Origin: an uncultured virus (IMG/VR IMGVR_UViG_3300043411_001904)
Lineage: Duplodnaviria; Heunggongvirae; Uroviricota; Caudoviricetes
IMG/VR virus record: IMGVR_UViG_3300043411_001904
Length of the DNA stretch: 64,000 bases
Direction: 5' to 3' (one strand)
Below are positions 24,609-34,235 of this stretch, piece by piece. Within the stretch, counting starts at the first letter, position 1; the number at the start of each line of letters is the position of its first letter. Under the pieces are notes generated by a model that did no database searches, had not been told where the DNA came from, and was given only the letters and a program-made list of their open reading frames with translations. The position numbers and the translations under genes were made by a program.

Positions 24609-26233
24609 AGCATTTAAAGCCATTTCTTGAAAAATTTGAATCATATAGATTATCCGGTGTTGTAAATTATATCTCTAAGGGAGATAGAAAAAGATTTCTG
24701 GATGATCTAAAAAGAATATGTGGAGTATTAGATTATCCCATGTCCGATCTATCCGATAGTGAATTTGAATATTTAAGATTTAAAGATGCTTATGAACTAA
24801 AAGATCCAGTTAAAGAAGAGGACCAAGACAAGTGTGGTAAGTGTATGGGAACTGGTCAAGAAAAAAAGCCATGGGGTAAGGAGGGAAATAAAGGATTCCA
24901 TTACAGAAACGTAAAGTGCAAAAACTGCGAAGCCACCGGAATAAAAAAGAAATCAGATGATAAATCAAATCACATACCTATATATCTAAAATTTTGGTTC
25001 AATACTAATGGAAATTATATAGGAATAACAAAATTTACAGATAAGCAACTAGTACCCGTAATTGGTAAAAATCCCAAAATATCAGACTGGGAAAAAACAG
25101 GACCAGTTCCATCTTCCCAAACCAAACATTTAGATATTATCTATGTTCAACCAAATAAACGAGGTGATTGGGTGATAGGCACTGTATGGATAAATTCTAG
25201 AATCTTTAGGTATTTTATACACAATAATGTCAATTTTGATGGCGATAAACCATATATTGACACCATCTGGACAAAATATGGTAAATATTCCTGGTATCTT
25301 GATAACCACCAAGTTTTTATCTTATCAGCAAAAGCAGGGACTGAAGAATCTAAATCACCAGATGTCTTTAACTGCCCAGTTGACTCAAGCCTCAATATAC
25401 TCGGAGTGAATTCTAAAGAATTTCTACAAGATGCTGAATTCTCATTGATCCTAAATTTAGAAAAATTAAAATCTTCTGATTACAAAAAGGTCGCACAAAT
25501 AAAACAATCTAGAGTAGATTCCAAAGTAGGATCTCTATCACATAAAAAAGATGATGAAATCAGAAAAGAAAATATTGATAAATACATTTCTAAATTATCA
25601 TCTTATGATCCATCCGGAAGCCTAAATCAAATAAAATCAATAATTCCTAGATTCTTTGGATGGAATCATCCTATATTTTTCCTATACTATGGAATAAATT
25701 CAATTAACATATCTAAAATAATACATAATTTATTTATAATCCATAGAAAGAATATCTCAGTAAGTGCAGATTGGAAAGAAAGTACAGATGGTGAAATTCC
25801 ACAAATCATAAACGAAATAAAAAACTTAATAGTCTTATCATATAAGGAATCATCCAATCGATACCCAATAATTGTAGAAAATATACAAAAATGTAAAAAA
25901 TTAGCTAGATCGGAAAACCGAAAAGATATATTAGAATTCATAGATAAATATGAAGATCTTAATAGATCAATTATTGCATATATCGGAAAAGATATAAATA
26001 AAATATCCGATCTCGAATCTACAGAAAGAAAAATTAAAACAATTCAAGAAATACTTAAGAGTGATAGATATGTATTAAATCAAGCCAAAGGATTCATAAA
26101 TCATTTATCCACCAAAGAAGACCCAGACCCAAGGAAAAACTCTTATGTTAAAATTAAACAATTCCTTGACACAAATGGGAAAGACAGATTACTAGAGGAT
26201 ATGGATATAATTTGTGGGGCTATTATTCACTAA
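24605..26233 (+). CDS. large protein with DnaJ-type Zn finger and N-terminal tag
   Basis: MKHLKPFLEKFES; CGKCMGTG..CKNCEATG. Confidence 0.65.
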   Translation: MKHLKPFLEKFESYRLSGVVNYISKGDRKRFLDDLKRICGVLDYPMSDLSDSEFEYLRFKDAYELKDPVKEEDQDKCGKCMGTGQEKKPWGKEGNKGFHYRNVKCKNCEATGIKKKSDDKSNHIPIYLKFWFNTNGNYIGITKFTDKQLVPVIGKNPKISDWEKTGPVPSSQTKHLDIIYVQPNKRGDWVIGTVWINSRIFRYFIHNNVNFDGDKPYIDTIWTKYGKYSWYLDNHQVFILSAKAGTEESKSPDVFNCPVDSSLNILGVNSKEFLQDAEFSLILNLEKLKSSDYKKVAQIKQSRVDSKVGSLSHKKDDEIRKENIDKYISKLSSYDPSGSLNQIKSIIPRFFGWNHPIFFLYYGINSINISKIIHNLFIIHRKNISVSADWKESTDGEIPQIINEIKNLIVLSYKESSNRYPIIVENIQKCKKLARSENRKDILEFIDKYEDLNRSIIAYIGKDINKISDLESTERKIKTIQEILKSDRYVLNQAKGFINHLSTKEDPDPRKNSYVKIKQFLDTNGKDRLLEDMDIICGAIIH

Positions 26234-26350
26234 TTCCATTTACATAGGTTAATTCACCACAAATTATACCATTTAAGAAATAATATGTATCACCATATCT
26301 ATGAACTATTTTCCTCAAAAGTGAGGAATTTTATTGACATGAAATGTCAA

Positions 26351-26785
26351 TTATACAATCTCTCCCCTACTAAAATAAATAGATTGTAAAATACCCTTAA
26401 TAGGCTTGTCTCGAACAATAAATTCGCAAAATTTTAAATTAGGATACCAAGAATTCAAAGTGCTTTCATAAAAATCATAATCTGACTCATCTGGATCTCT
26501 ATATTTTTTCAGAAAGTTGGAGTATTGTCGAAATAGTTTACTAGATCCTAAACTAACTAAAATATACAGATCATCCCGATCAACTAATGTTGGATCTTTT
26601 AAATCTTTGGAAACCATTGGTTTCCAATCCGAAACATCATTTATAAAAATGATTGGAATTTCTCCTGAATATAAGTGACACCCAATATACAATCCACTAT
26701 CACTAAGTGGTAGCAAAATGTCATAAATATTACAGAGAATATCTGTCTCTTCTTTTAATTTATCTAAAAAAAATTGATCCATCAC
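26351..26785 (-). CDS. hypothetical protein
   Basis: coupled ORF. Confidence 0.55.
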   Translation of the reverse strand: MMDQFFLDKLKEETDILCNIYDILLPLSDSGLYIGCHLYSGEIPIIFINDVSDWKPMVSKDLKDPTLVDRDDLYILVSLGSSKLFRQYSNFLKKYRDPDESDYDFYESTLNSWYPNLKFCEFIVRDKPIKGILQSIYFSRGEIV

Positions 26786-27069
26786 AATATTTCTATAACT
26801 TTACCCCAAACCTGTTTAGTCCATCCGTTGATTCCTCCTTTATTATTACCAATAAGAAGACCTTTATTTTGATCCTTACCTTTTACCAAATGTGTATATA
26901 AATTGCCCCTAACCTTACAAAAGACTATATCTCCGATCTTACACTCTTCCCACGTAATAGGCTTTAATTTGTGAGGCTGTCCACTACTAATAAGTGGAAC
27001 CATAGAATTACCCTTCTCTTTGGTAATAAACTCTTCACCAGACAATAATTTATCTATTTTCCAATGCAT
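26782..27069 (-). CDS. S24/S26 peptidase-like protein
   Basis: KGNSMVPLI..GDIVF..THLVK..GNN. Confidence 0.65.
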   Translation of the reverse strand: MHWKIDKLLSGEEFITKEKGNSMVPLISSGQPHKLKPITWEECKIGDIVFCKVRGNLYTHLVKGKDQNKGLLIGNNKGGINGWTKQVWGKVIEIL

Positions 27070-27281
27070 TACAATCCCAATTTATCTAACTTAATACCCC
27101 TCAATTTACAAACAATCTTTGATAGATTATTCCCATTCCAAAAACTACATAAAATCATTACTGAAGAGCTAAATTTACCACCACAACAATTACACTCAAA
27201 AATAACATCACCAAGATGATTATTCTGATATAATGGAACCATTTCCAAATTAATACAACAATTAGCACATATTAGAATCAT
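27069..27281 (-). CDS. small Cys-rich protein with C-terminal RxxKL motif
   Basis: CANC..CNCC; LRGIKLDKL. Confidence 0.5.
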   Translation of the reverse strand: MILICANCCINLEMVPLYQNNHLGDVIFECNCCGGKFSSSVMILCSFWNGNNLSKIVCKLRGIKLDKLGL

Positions 27282-28057
27282 ACCTTGACCAAATCAATTT
27301 TATTCCATTTTTTATTAAGAAAATTTAATTTGTTAAGATCAATTCCACAATTGTTTTTCGAAATGTGACCCTCGTTAAAAAGTCTTACCATGTCATCAAT
27401 ACTCAAAATTTGATTATTCTTATCAAAGTTGGGATCAGGGTGTGACCAACCAAGCCTAAAAATCCAATTTAGGATAGCTTTCTTATTATAGTCATTATAG
27501 AATTCCATAGAGCTAGTACCATCCCTCTTAGATATCTTTCGACCACTTTGGAAGAGTAGCCCAGCGTGATGGACATTAGGGAATACTTTACCACCCTCAA
27601 CAGAGGCGATCATATCCCAAATTTTAATTTGCTTTTCAAGATTATTAATATGGTCCACACCACGAACTATATCCGTAATATCGTAGTCATAGTCATCTAA
27701 AATCGAGCAGAAATTATAAGTCGGGAATCCGTTATTTCTGAGAATGACCATTTTATAGTCGCCCATATCAACTTCATACCCCTTATCTGATAGAGTGCCA
27801 ATTTTCTTAGCAACATAAGCATATCTATCCAACCGACTAGATTGTGAAAAGGTAACATCATGATCGAATCCAAAAGATCCCATCATGTTATAGATATAAT
27901 CAATGTGTTCTTTTTTATTTCTTTCTTGATCAGTATCATCTATTCGAAGAATAAAAGAACCATCATTGGACTTAGCCATTAAATAATTAAGAAGAGCTGT
28001 CCGAAGAGTTCCAATATGGAAAAGGCCAGTGGGGGATGGGGCAACTCGTGTTTTCAT
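27278..28057 (-). CDS. gltX: glutamyl-tRNA synthetase-like catalytic domain (GluRS/GluQ-like, truncated)
   Basis: TRVAPSPTG.FHIG, LRIDDTD, GFPTYN, VRGVDH, KISKRDG, LGWS; no anticodon-binding domain. Confidence 0.8.
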   Translation of the reverse strand: MKTRVAPSPTGLFHIGTLRTALLNYLMAKSNDGSFILRIDDTDQERNKKEHIDYIYNMMGSFGFDHDVTFSQSSRLDRYAYVAKKIGTLSDKGYEVDMGDYKMVILRNNGFPTYNFCSILDDYDYDITDIVRGVDHINNLEKQIKIWDMIASVEGGKVFPNVHHAGLLFQSGRKISKRDGTSSMEFYNDYNKKAILNWIFRLGWSHPDPNFDKNNQILSIDDMVRLFNEGHISKNNCGIDLNKLNFLNKKWNKIDLVKV

Positions 28058-28084
28058 TTTACAAATATACAAAAAATTTATACT

Positions 28085-28549
28085 CTAAATTCCAATAGAT
28101 GATATTTTTTCATCCCTAAAGCAACGACCACCCAATGAATAATATCCCGATCCAATAAGACCATCAGATTTAACAAAATTTAAATATTTGAGATCAACCA
28201 TTCTCTGTAAAAATGGTTTATATATGGAATTTTCGAATCCATTGTGATAGCTTTCCCTAAGACAATACTTATTCCTATACTGAGGATATCTACCATAATA
28301 TTCATTCTCTATAAGAAGATGTTCCTTACTTATTAAGAAGGAATAAACAACCCAACAACCAGAATAAAATGGTGTTGATTCACTTTTACCCATTTTATCC
28401 CAATAGCACTTTAGGGTCCAATCACAATCCTCACTAAATAATGATTTAACAAATTTAACAAATTCAATAGGATCAATACTCTCAATTAGAGAATTGATAT
28501 CCCCATTGATATGGTATTGACCATCAGAATAGGAAACTACAACCTGCAT
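28085..28549 (-). CDS. hypothetical protein with C-terminal RxxKI motif
   Basis: FRDEKISSI; start moved outside the tRNA. Confidence 0.6.
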   Translation of the reverse strand: MQVVVSYSDGQYHINGDINSLIESIDPIEFVKFVKSLFSEDCDWTLKCYWDKMGKSESTPFYSGCWVVYSFLISKEHLLIENEYYGRYPQYRNKYCLRESYHNGFENSIYKPFLQRMVDLKYLNFVKSDGLIGSGYYSLGGRCFRDEKISSIGI

Positions 28550-28551
28550 TG

Positions 28552-28638
28552 TGGGGTGTGAATGGATTCGAACCACCGAAGCCCCGAAGGGCACCCAAGG
28601 TACAACTTGAGCTCTTTTGACCACTTGGATAACACCCC
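28552..28638 (-). tRNA. tRNA-Tyr(GTA)-like with irregular anticodon loop
   Basis: GGGGTGT/ACACCCC; GCCC-TTCG-GGGC variable arm; loop containing TTGTAC. Confidence 0.75.
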
Positions 28639-28782
28639 TTAGTCTTCAATAGTTGACAATTGATACTCATACCACATATCCATCAAATCTAGACACTGAT
28701 CCTCAGAAAGGTCTACTTTTTCAAGATCGTTAATAGGATTTACCATTTGATTTTATTTAGACTACAAATATAAGAAAAAAAT

Positions 28783-29172
28783 TCAATTCTCATTCAAAGA
28801 ATTTATTTTTTTATCCCTTTGAATTTGCTTAAATTCATCAACGGAAGCATGACTAGAAAATCGATTTGTTAAACAAATAGGACAATACTCAAATTCTTTA
28901 AAATCGTTCATGCATTTGATGCAAAAAATAATATGTCCTCTATCCTTCCAAGATAAACAATCTCTCATTTTAGACTCATCGATATTTGCCCATTCTTTTA
29001 CAAGTCCTAGTAAGTTCATAATCCACACAAATACAATAGAAAAAATAATTACCATTTTGAATTTCGGAGATTCATATCCCCTATAAAAAATTTTAGCAAA
29101 AAAAGCAACATAAAGTATAACAATGATCCAAACAATCGAAACGATAATAAGTCCTCTCTTTCGACTACTCAT
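28783..29172 (-). CDS. membrane protein with Zn ribbon and RxxKI motif
   Basis: two TM segments; two CxxC; QRDKKINSL. Confidence 0.6.
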   Translation of the reverse strand: MSSRKRGLIIVSIVWIIVILYVAFFAKIFYRGYESPKFKMVIIFSIVFVWIMNLLGLVKEWANIDESKMRDCLSWKDRGHIIFCIKCMNDFKEFEYCPICLTNRFSSHASVDEFKQIQRDKKINSLNEN

Positions 29173-29398
29173 GAGTAAGTTTTAGAGTTTGGCAACCTCT
29201 ACCACCTATGAAGTTAGATGGTCTACTACAATCCCCATAACAAAAGTCTGTCAGTGGGGGTAGAGTACCTATCCATGATTCACCAAAAATAGAACTAATC
29301 TTCATGTCTCTTTGAACATCATCACTTACCAAAGATCCATCGAATATTAATTTCTTAATATTGCCACATTTTTCACACTTGATTTTGAAATACTTCAT
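29165..29398 (-). CDS. small Cys-containing protein
   Basis: CEKC; internal QRDMKISSI. Confidence 0.55.
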   Translation of the reverse strand: MKYFKIKCEKCGNIKKLIFDGSLVSDDVQRDMKISSIFGESWIGTLPPLTDFCYGDCSRPSNFIGGRGCQTLKLTHE

Positions 29399-29751
29399 TA
29401 ATTTATAAGAGAATCAATCTTCAGATTCCTTAAAGATGACCTCAATTTAGATATTTCTTCCTTTACAACCACCTCATTTTTCCAATTACTTTCGATAAAT
29501 GAAAAACTATCGTCTAAAACTTTAAGGAAACTCTTGATGTTACTTGAAATATTGGGATTTATATTACCATTACCAGGCCACAAAAGCTCAATTCGACTAT
29601 CTCCATTTTGGATAGGGAAAAATATATTAGTTTCCCCAATACAAGGAGAAAATGATTCAATGAGAGACTCAATTTTTTCGTCAACTGCATGTCTAGCCAA
29701 TCCATTAACATTAACATAGACAACAAAAATAGGACTATCTAACCTCGACAT
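29398..29751 (-). CDS. hypothetical protein with C-terminal RxxKI motif
   Basis: LRNLKIDSLIN. Confidence 0.6.
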   Translation of the reverse strand: MSRLDSPIFVVYVNVNGLARHAVDEKIESLIESFSPCIGETNIFFPIQNGDSRIELLWPGNGNINPNISSNIKSFLKVLDDSFSFIESNWKNEVVVKEEISKLRSSLRNLKIDSLIN

Positions 29752-30247
29752 AATTCTTACTTATATCTAATGATAGATTCCGATTACTAAATTGTTTTAA
29801 ACCAGTTACTTCCAAAAGACAAACATCCTTAATAAAATTGGGTATTTTTAATTTATAAGCTCTAGTTGGAATTTCTATCTCAGCAACTATTAAATGATAT
29901 CCATTATCAAACTCATCAACTTCCCAATTTAACCTCCCATATGGATAAATATGTCTAATCTTCTTAATAAATCTAGAAGATACTTCTGGGTCTAAGCATT
30001 TTTCTTTAAATTCCAAAAATTCTTTCTTGGAAATGTCTTTCTCATCTTCTAAATTTTCCAATTTAGAGATGCTCTTTTTTATAGTATGAATATATCTTAT
30101 TCCAGATTTGGAATCCCACTCCCGTACCCTTTCCCAAATTCCTGATTTATTTTTCATGTAGAACTGATCAATTTTTACCGAATCTATTGGTTGAATATCC
30201 GGTAAAGACTTTAAGAGAAATTTTCTCTCAATTTCGATTTTTGGCAT
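29735..30247 (-). CDS. CYTH-domain triphosphate tunnel metalloenzyme
   Basis: EIERKFL, WEVDEF, AEIE, EVTG..FSN. Confidence 0.88.
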   Translation of the reverse strand: MPKIEIERKFLLKSLPDIQPIDSVKIDQFYMKNKSGIWERVREWDSKSGIRYIHTIKKSISKLENLEDEKDISKKEFLEFKEKCLDPEVSSRFIKKIRHIYPYGRLNWEVDEFDNGYHLIVAEIEIPTRAYKLKIPNFIKDVCLLEVTGLKQFSNRNLSLDISKNYVEVR

Positions 30248-30292
30248 GTAAGTTTAAGTATATATCAAGTTTTGGGACCTAGTTTAAAAAAC

Positions 30293-30321
30293 AAAAGGGA
30301 TCATGGATAATGATCCCTTTT
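30293..30321. terminator. intrinsic terminator (bidirectional-type)
   Basis: AAAAGGGATCAT-GGATA-ATGATCCCTTTT. Confidence 0.75.
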
Positions 30322-30373
30322 GTAATGAATCAAAGTGAGAAGACAACAAACAACAATGATTCATTTATTGATA

Positions 30374-30664
30374 TTAAGTAGAAGGAATATTATACTTGTT
30401 GATAATTTCCGCCATGGTTTTAAGCAATTCATCATATCCACTTTCACCTTGATAAACATTCCAAGAATCAGGAATGTCGTTAATCCAAATGTCAATATTT
30501 GATGAACTCGGAACAATGGATGTATTTTTCTTAGCATTCATTTTAGCGAAAAATGTTTTACCAAGATCATCCATTTGAACCTTATTGAGACAATAAGGAC
30601 CATCCATCACAACATCCTCTTCATTTTCATCCATCCAATCTTGTAAATCGTCCTTTGTAACCAT
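30374..30664 (-). CDS. hypothetical protein
   Basis: 96-aa ORF. Confidence 0.55.
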   Translation of the reverse strand: MVTKDDLQDWMDENEEDVVMDGPYCLNKVQMDDLGKTFFAKMNAKKNTSIVPSSSNIDIWINDIPDSWNVYQGESGYDELLKTMAEIINKYNIPST

Positions 30665-30731
30665 GAATTTACTATTTTAGAGCCTGAACCGGATTCGCAC
30701 CGATTCGAAGTCGCCTAGACCAGACTTGATA

Positions 30732-31485
30732 GGGGCTGAGATTATACCCGTTATCGACAAATCTTTTGTGAGATTATGTTTTCCTCACTTATCCACCAAT
30801 GTTGCCACTGGTATCTTGTCAATCTCAGTTACTTGAAGGGTAACCAATCCTATCGTGTGTCCAAACTCAACCATTACTCCATCTATTCAGAAGTGCCCTC
30901 CTGATTCAACCTTGCGGGTCTATAAACTTTTCGTGATCAAAACAACAGACCTTGCGGGTTTATTGTCTCCCAATTTACCAAAGGTATTAGGAATTAGAGA
31001 CCTTTCGGAAATACACGCCACGAGAATTTGGCTTTATTTTATATAATGCAATAAAATTGATTATTGGACGACGCTCTCGTGGAGCAGCTACGATCCTTTT
31101 GGAATCACAATACTACACGCCATCCTATCAGTTCCCTGATGGTCAAGAAGATCTCCGCTAAAAGCGTCATGAATCACACGCACATAGTGCGGGACACAGA
31201 ACACATATTCCACATCGACCAACTAAACTGAAACAAGCATTCTAGAAGTTGGCTTCTATCACACTCAAATCCACAAATCATCTTATAGCCTTAAGCATCA
31301 AACACCACATTTAGGGACATAATCACATCCATAGTATGATATTGAGATCCAAGTCACTTGACCGAGGTTCTCATACCGATTCGCTTATGATTAAACTCTT
31401 TAACAAGTCGGGATTGTTACCCTTTATCCCCGTTACCGGGTATTATTTATTCACATCCGAAGATGTGATGGACTCCATACAGCCC
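30732..31485 (-). ncRNA. large ornate ncRNA, GOLLD-like (about 750 nt)
   Basis: no credible ORF; higher GC; 5' GGGCTG pairs with 3' CAGCCC; many GNRA/UUCG hairpins (CCCGCAAGG twice, CCGAAAGG, CTTCGG); next to tRNA-like genes; family name from size and recalled motifs only. Confidence 0.65.
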
Positions 31486-31512
31486 AATATTTTCAATATG
31501 TAAAAGAACTAG

Positions 31513-31587
31513 TGGGTTTCTGAGGACTCTAACCTCAAGATTCGCCAACTATTAAACACTAGGTGTATAACAATTGCAAATAAACCC
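31513..31587 (-). ncRNA. tRNA-like RNA (acceptor plus T-arm, single long hairpin replacing D and anticodon arms)
   Basis: GGGTTT/AAACCC-A; TGAGG-TTAGAGT-CCTCA. Confidence 0.55.
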
Positions 31588-31591
31588 TTTG

Positions 31592-31733
31592 TAGTCTGTC
31601 CAGGATTCGAACCTGATTTTCCGAGTGAAGCTCGGCGTCCTAGTGTGATAATCAACTCAGATCTTCAGACGAGATCCTCAAATTAATCCAACACACCTCC
31701 ATCATAAAGATGGATCCAGTAGACGAACAGACC
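31592..31733 (-). ncRNA. tRNA-Glu-derived RNA with a structured D-loop insertion of about 80 nt
   Basis: GGTCTGTTCGTCTA..TAGGAC; CCGAG-CTTCA-CTCGG; TTCGAAT T-loop; ACAGACT-A. Confidence 0.75.
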
Positions 31734-31761
31734 AAAAATTCGATGGAATAACCCATCATCG

Positions 31762-31939
31762 CAGTCTGTATTGGATTCGAACCAATGTTACCAATTAGAT
31801 CGTAACCTAATTAGTGTCCTAATATATTTTAGTCAAACGAGCTCAAGGCTCAGGTCATATAAAAAATTTTATACATTTTAATATAATATATTAAATTTTG
31901 ACCGACTAAAATACATTGGTACCCCTAGACGAACAGACC
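31762..31939 (-). ncRNA. tRNA-Glu-derived RNA with a D-loop insertion of about 100 nt and a tetraloop-capped anticodon arm
   Basis: same 5' GGTCTGTTCGTCTA; insertion closed by TATTTTAGTC/GACTAAAATA; ATTAGGT-TACG-ATCTAAT. Confidence 0.75.
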
Positions 31940-32017
31940 AAGAATATTCAAAGAACATTAACAATACAAATATAAGTAAAAATTTCTGAACTACAAAATA
32001 TTTTTTACTTTTTTTAG

Positions 32018-32104
32018 TGACCCGTTGTGGATATGAACCACAATCCCACATCCCATCTGGTTAACCCAATCGGGAATCTTGTGTCTTGCTTAGACTAACG
32101 GATC
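32018..32104 (-). ncRNA. tRNA-like RNA with extended anticodon arm
   Basis: GATCCGT/ACGGGTC-A; GTCT/AGAC D-stem; TGTGG-TTCATAT-CCACA. Confidence 0.65.
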
Positions 32105-32250
32105 ATTTCTGATTAACTTTACAAATATAAATCTAAATTTTCATCTAGACAATTTTTTTGTAAAAATTCTCAGAAAACTAGATCTGATACTCTTATCCTC
32201 GTCTTTCAGAGGACATTTATAGGTTGAAAATCAACCAATCTAGTTAAATA

Positions 32251-32853
32251 AAAACCTAGTATTGCTCGGTTTCTTTGAGTATGACCATTACTGTCAACAC
32301 ACCCCCTAGTCCGGGGTTCATACTCTTTGTCACATAGTTATTATCAGAACTATGACTGGTGAGACTAAGTTTATTCTACACTTCCACTTGACCTGTTGTA
32401 CTCAATCCTTGTTACCAAGGATTCAGTCAAGTTTGATGAATCTATTTCAAATATTGAGGAATACTATTCATAGATCCCTTTCGGGTGAAATACCACACTT
32501 TCATATGATATCATAGACACTTCTAAACTTAGAATCGTGATTTTTATCAGATAAATCTGATTTCCCTCAACTAATATGTAATTTATGTTTTTTTCATAAA
32601 TTTATATTTTTATGGGTTGGATTCTTTACCTTGTAAAGATAAAATCACAAATCCTTTAATTTTTAGGCAACTACACTATACTGGGGGTATAGATCTACAC
32701 CTAAAACACTAGACAACTTCTGTATATCCCCATACACATCTATGTCGTCCCAAGGATGAAGTCCAGCTCCTACACAGTCTATCACTGCTACTACTAGATC
32801 CTTGTTTTGAGTATCCTCTTACGAGTCCTAGTTTAGGTTAGTAACCTAGGTTT
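32251..32853 (-). ncRNA. large ornate ncRNA, ROOL-like (about 600 nt)
   Basis: no ORF; AAACCTAG/CTAGGTTT closing stem; hairpins GAATCCTTG-GTAA-CAAGGATT, GAGTATGA..TCATACTC, CCCGAAAGGG; upstream hairpin plus GTTCTTTGAAA boxA; family name from size and recalled motifs only. Confidence 0.6.
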
Positions 32854-32949
32854 ATACACCGCTCAACATCGGTGGTTTCAATAAATTTTCAAAGAACAAC
32901 CAAGTTTTTCTCGACTTGGAATATTTATATATTGGGTGATTAAAAGGTT

Positions 32950-33882
32950 TTAAAAATTTGTAAAATTTTTTTCTTTTGTAGGATTAATAATGTCTCCATC
33001 AAATCCTATCCTCAAATTGTGTCCGTCAAAAACCAAAGTCTCAGTTATATTACTCGGCTTAAATGTATTCTTATGATAAACTCTGATTGGAAAATCAAAA
33101 TTATCACTCAAATAGACATAATTAACACATTCACAAGATCCCTTAAAGGACCATTCCTTAAGTAAAAGGAAATTGTCCGATATCAGATCCTTCATATGAA
33201 ATTTAATAAAATTATCTTTAGAAAAATCATTGACTGGCATGAGAGAAACAATACCCACATTGTTTATACCAACACTACCAACCCATTCAAGAAACTTAAA
33301 TATCTCTTCCTTAGAATCAATATGTCCCTTTATTAAATTACACCTGATCTGGAATTGCTCTTTATTTTTCTTATACTTTGAATATTCAATAATTTCTTGG
33401 GTCGATGGTGTCTTTGATTTAAAAATTGAATTATTTATTTCGTCATTATAATGGTGTCGACTTAGTTGTATATAATCATACATTCCAACAACATTGGATG
33501 TCATGAGCTTATCAAATCGAAACCCATCAGTGGTCATTGTAAACTCACAATTAGGAGCATATTTTCTACATTCTTCCGATATTTTGACAAAATTATCCCA
33601 ATAGAGTGTTGGCTCTCCCCCTGAGACAGCAATTTTCCTAATAGGAATCTTTGATGATATTTCAATCATGGACTCATGGAATTTATCCCAGTTCCATGTT
33701 TGGGCATCACTATGATAAATACAAAAATCACATTTAGAGTTGCAAAATTTCGTTCTTATATAAAGATTAATTCCTAAATCTTCTAAAGGAGTGCCTTCTT
33801 TACCAAATAATGAGCAATTGTGTGTTCTTAATTTTATATCTTGACCAAATATATCAATTGTACCGTTCTCTTTATTTAACAT
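32950..33882 (-). CDS. radical SAM enzyme
   Basis: CNSKCDFC; SGGEPT; TTDG. Confidence 0.9.
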   Translation of the reverse strand: MLNKENGTIDIFGQDIKLRTHNCSLFGKEGTPLEDLGINLYIRTKFCNSKCDFCIYHSDAQTWNWDKFHESMIEISSKIPIRKIAVSGGEPTLYWDNFVKISEECRKYAPNCEFTMTTDGFRFDKLMTSNVVGMYDYIQLSRHHYNDEINNSIFKSKTPSTQEIIEYSKYKKNKEQFQIRCNLIKGHIDSKEEIFKFLEWVGSVGINNVGIVSLMPVNDFSKDNFIKFHMKDLISDNFLLLKEWSFKGSCECVNYVYLSDNFDFPIRVYHKNTFKPSNITETLVFDGHNLRIGFDGDIINPTKEKNFTNF

Positions 33883-34205
33883 CTGGAGCTACCATAATCA
33901 GTTCTATTAGGGGTATCACCACCTCCACATCTAGAATTTCCATAATCCCTATTAGGAGTGTTATCATAATCAGTAAATGGGGTTATTCTCCTATTTATGG
34001 GTGGTAGTTTAGATTTCTTACTAGATTTAGGAACATCACCACCGATTCCATTTTTTTCACAAAAATCTAAAAAAACACTCTCCTCTATATCACCTTCCTT
34101 AACCAGATCAGAAACAGCATTGATAAATCTAGCTTCAGATGTGGAGGCTTTTTTCTTTTTATAGAAATCTAAAAGATTTTGAAGGATTTTATTTTGGTCT
34201 ACCAT
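33876..34205 (-). CDS. candidate RiPP precursor with repeated DYGxSRC cores
   Basis: TPNRDYGNSRC-GGG-DTPNRTDYGSSRC; stop overlaps the rSAM start. Confidence 0.6.
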   Translation of the reverse strand: MVDQNKILQNLLDFYKKKKASTSEARFINAVSDLVKEGDIEESVFLDFCEKNGIGGDVPKSSKKSKLPPINRRITPFTDYDNTPNRDYGNSRCGGGDTPNRTDYGSSRC

Positions 34206-34235
34206 ATTCTATATATTATTAATCTATATATTATT

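Noticed and set aside
30855..31046. 63-aa plus-strand ORF
   Set aside because: Antisense to the large structured RNA, with a GTG start and no recognisable motif
30679..31485. tmRNA
   Set aside because: The 5' GGGCTG pairs with CAGCCC at about 30733 rather than forming an alanine acceptor; I found no tag ORF and the RNA is about twice the usual size
31592..31939. Group I introns in tRNA-Glu
   Set aside because: The inserts are far too short, lack the catalytic core and sit in the D-loop rather than the anticodon loop
32176..32245. Hammerhead ribozyme
   Set aside because: No CUGAnGA plus GAAA core in the right arrangement on either strand
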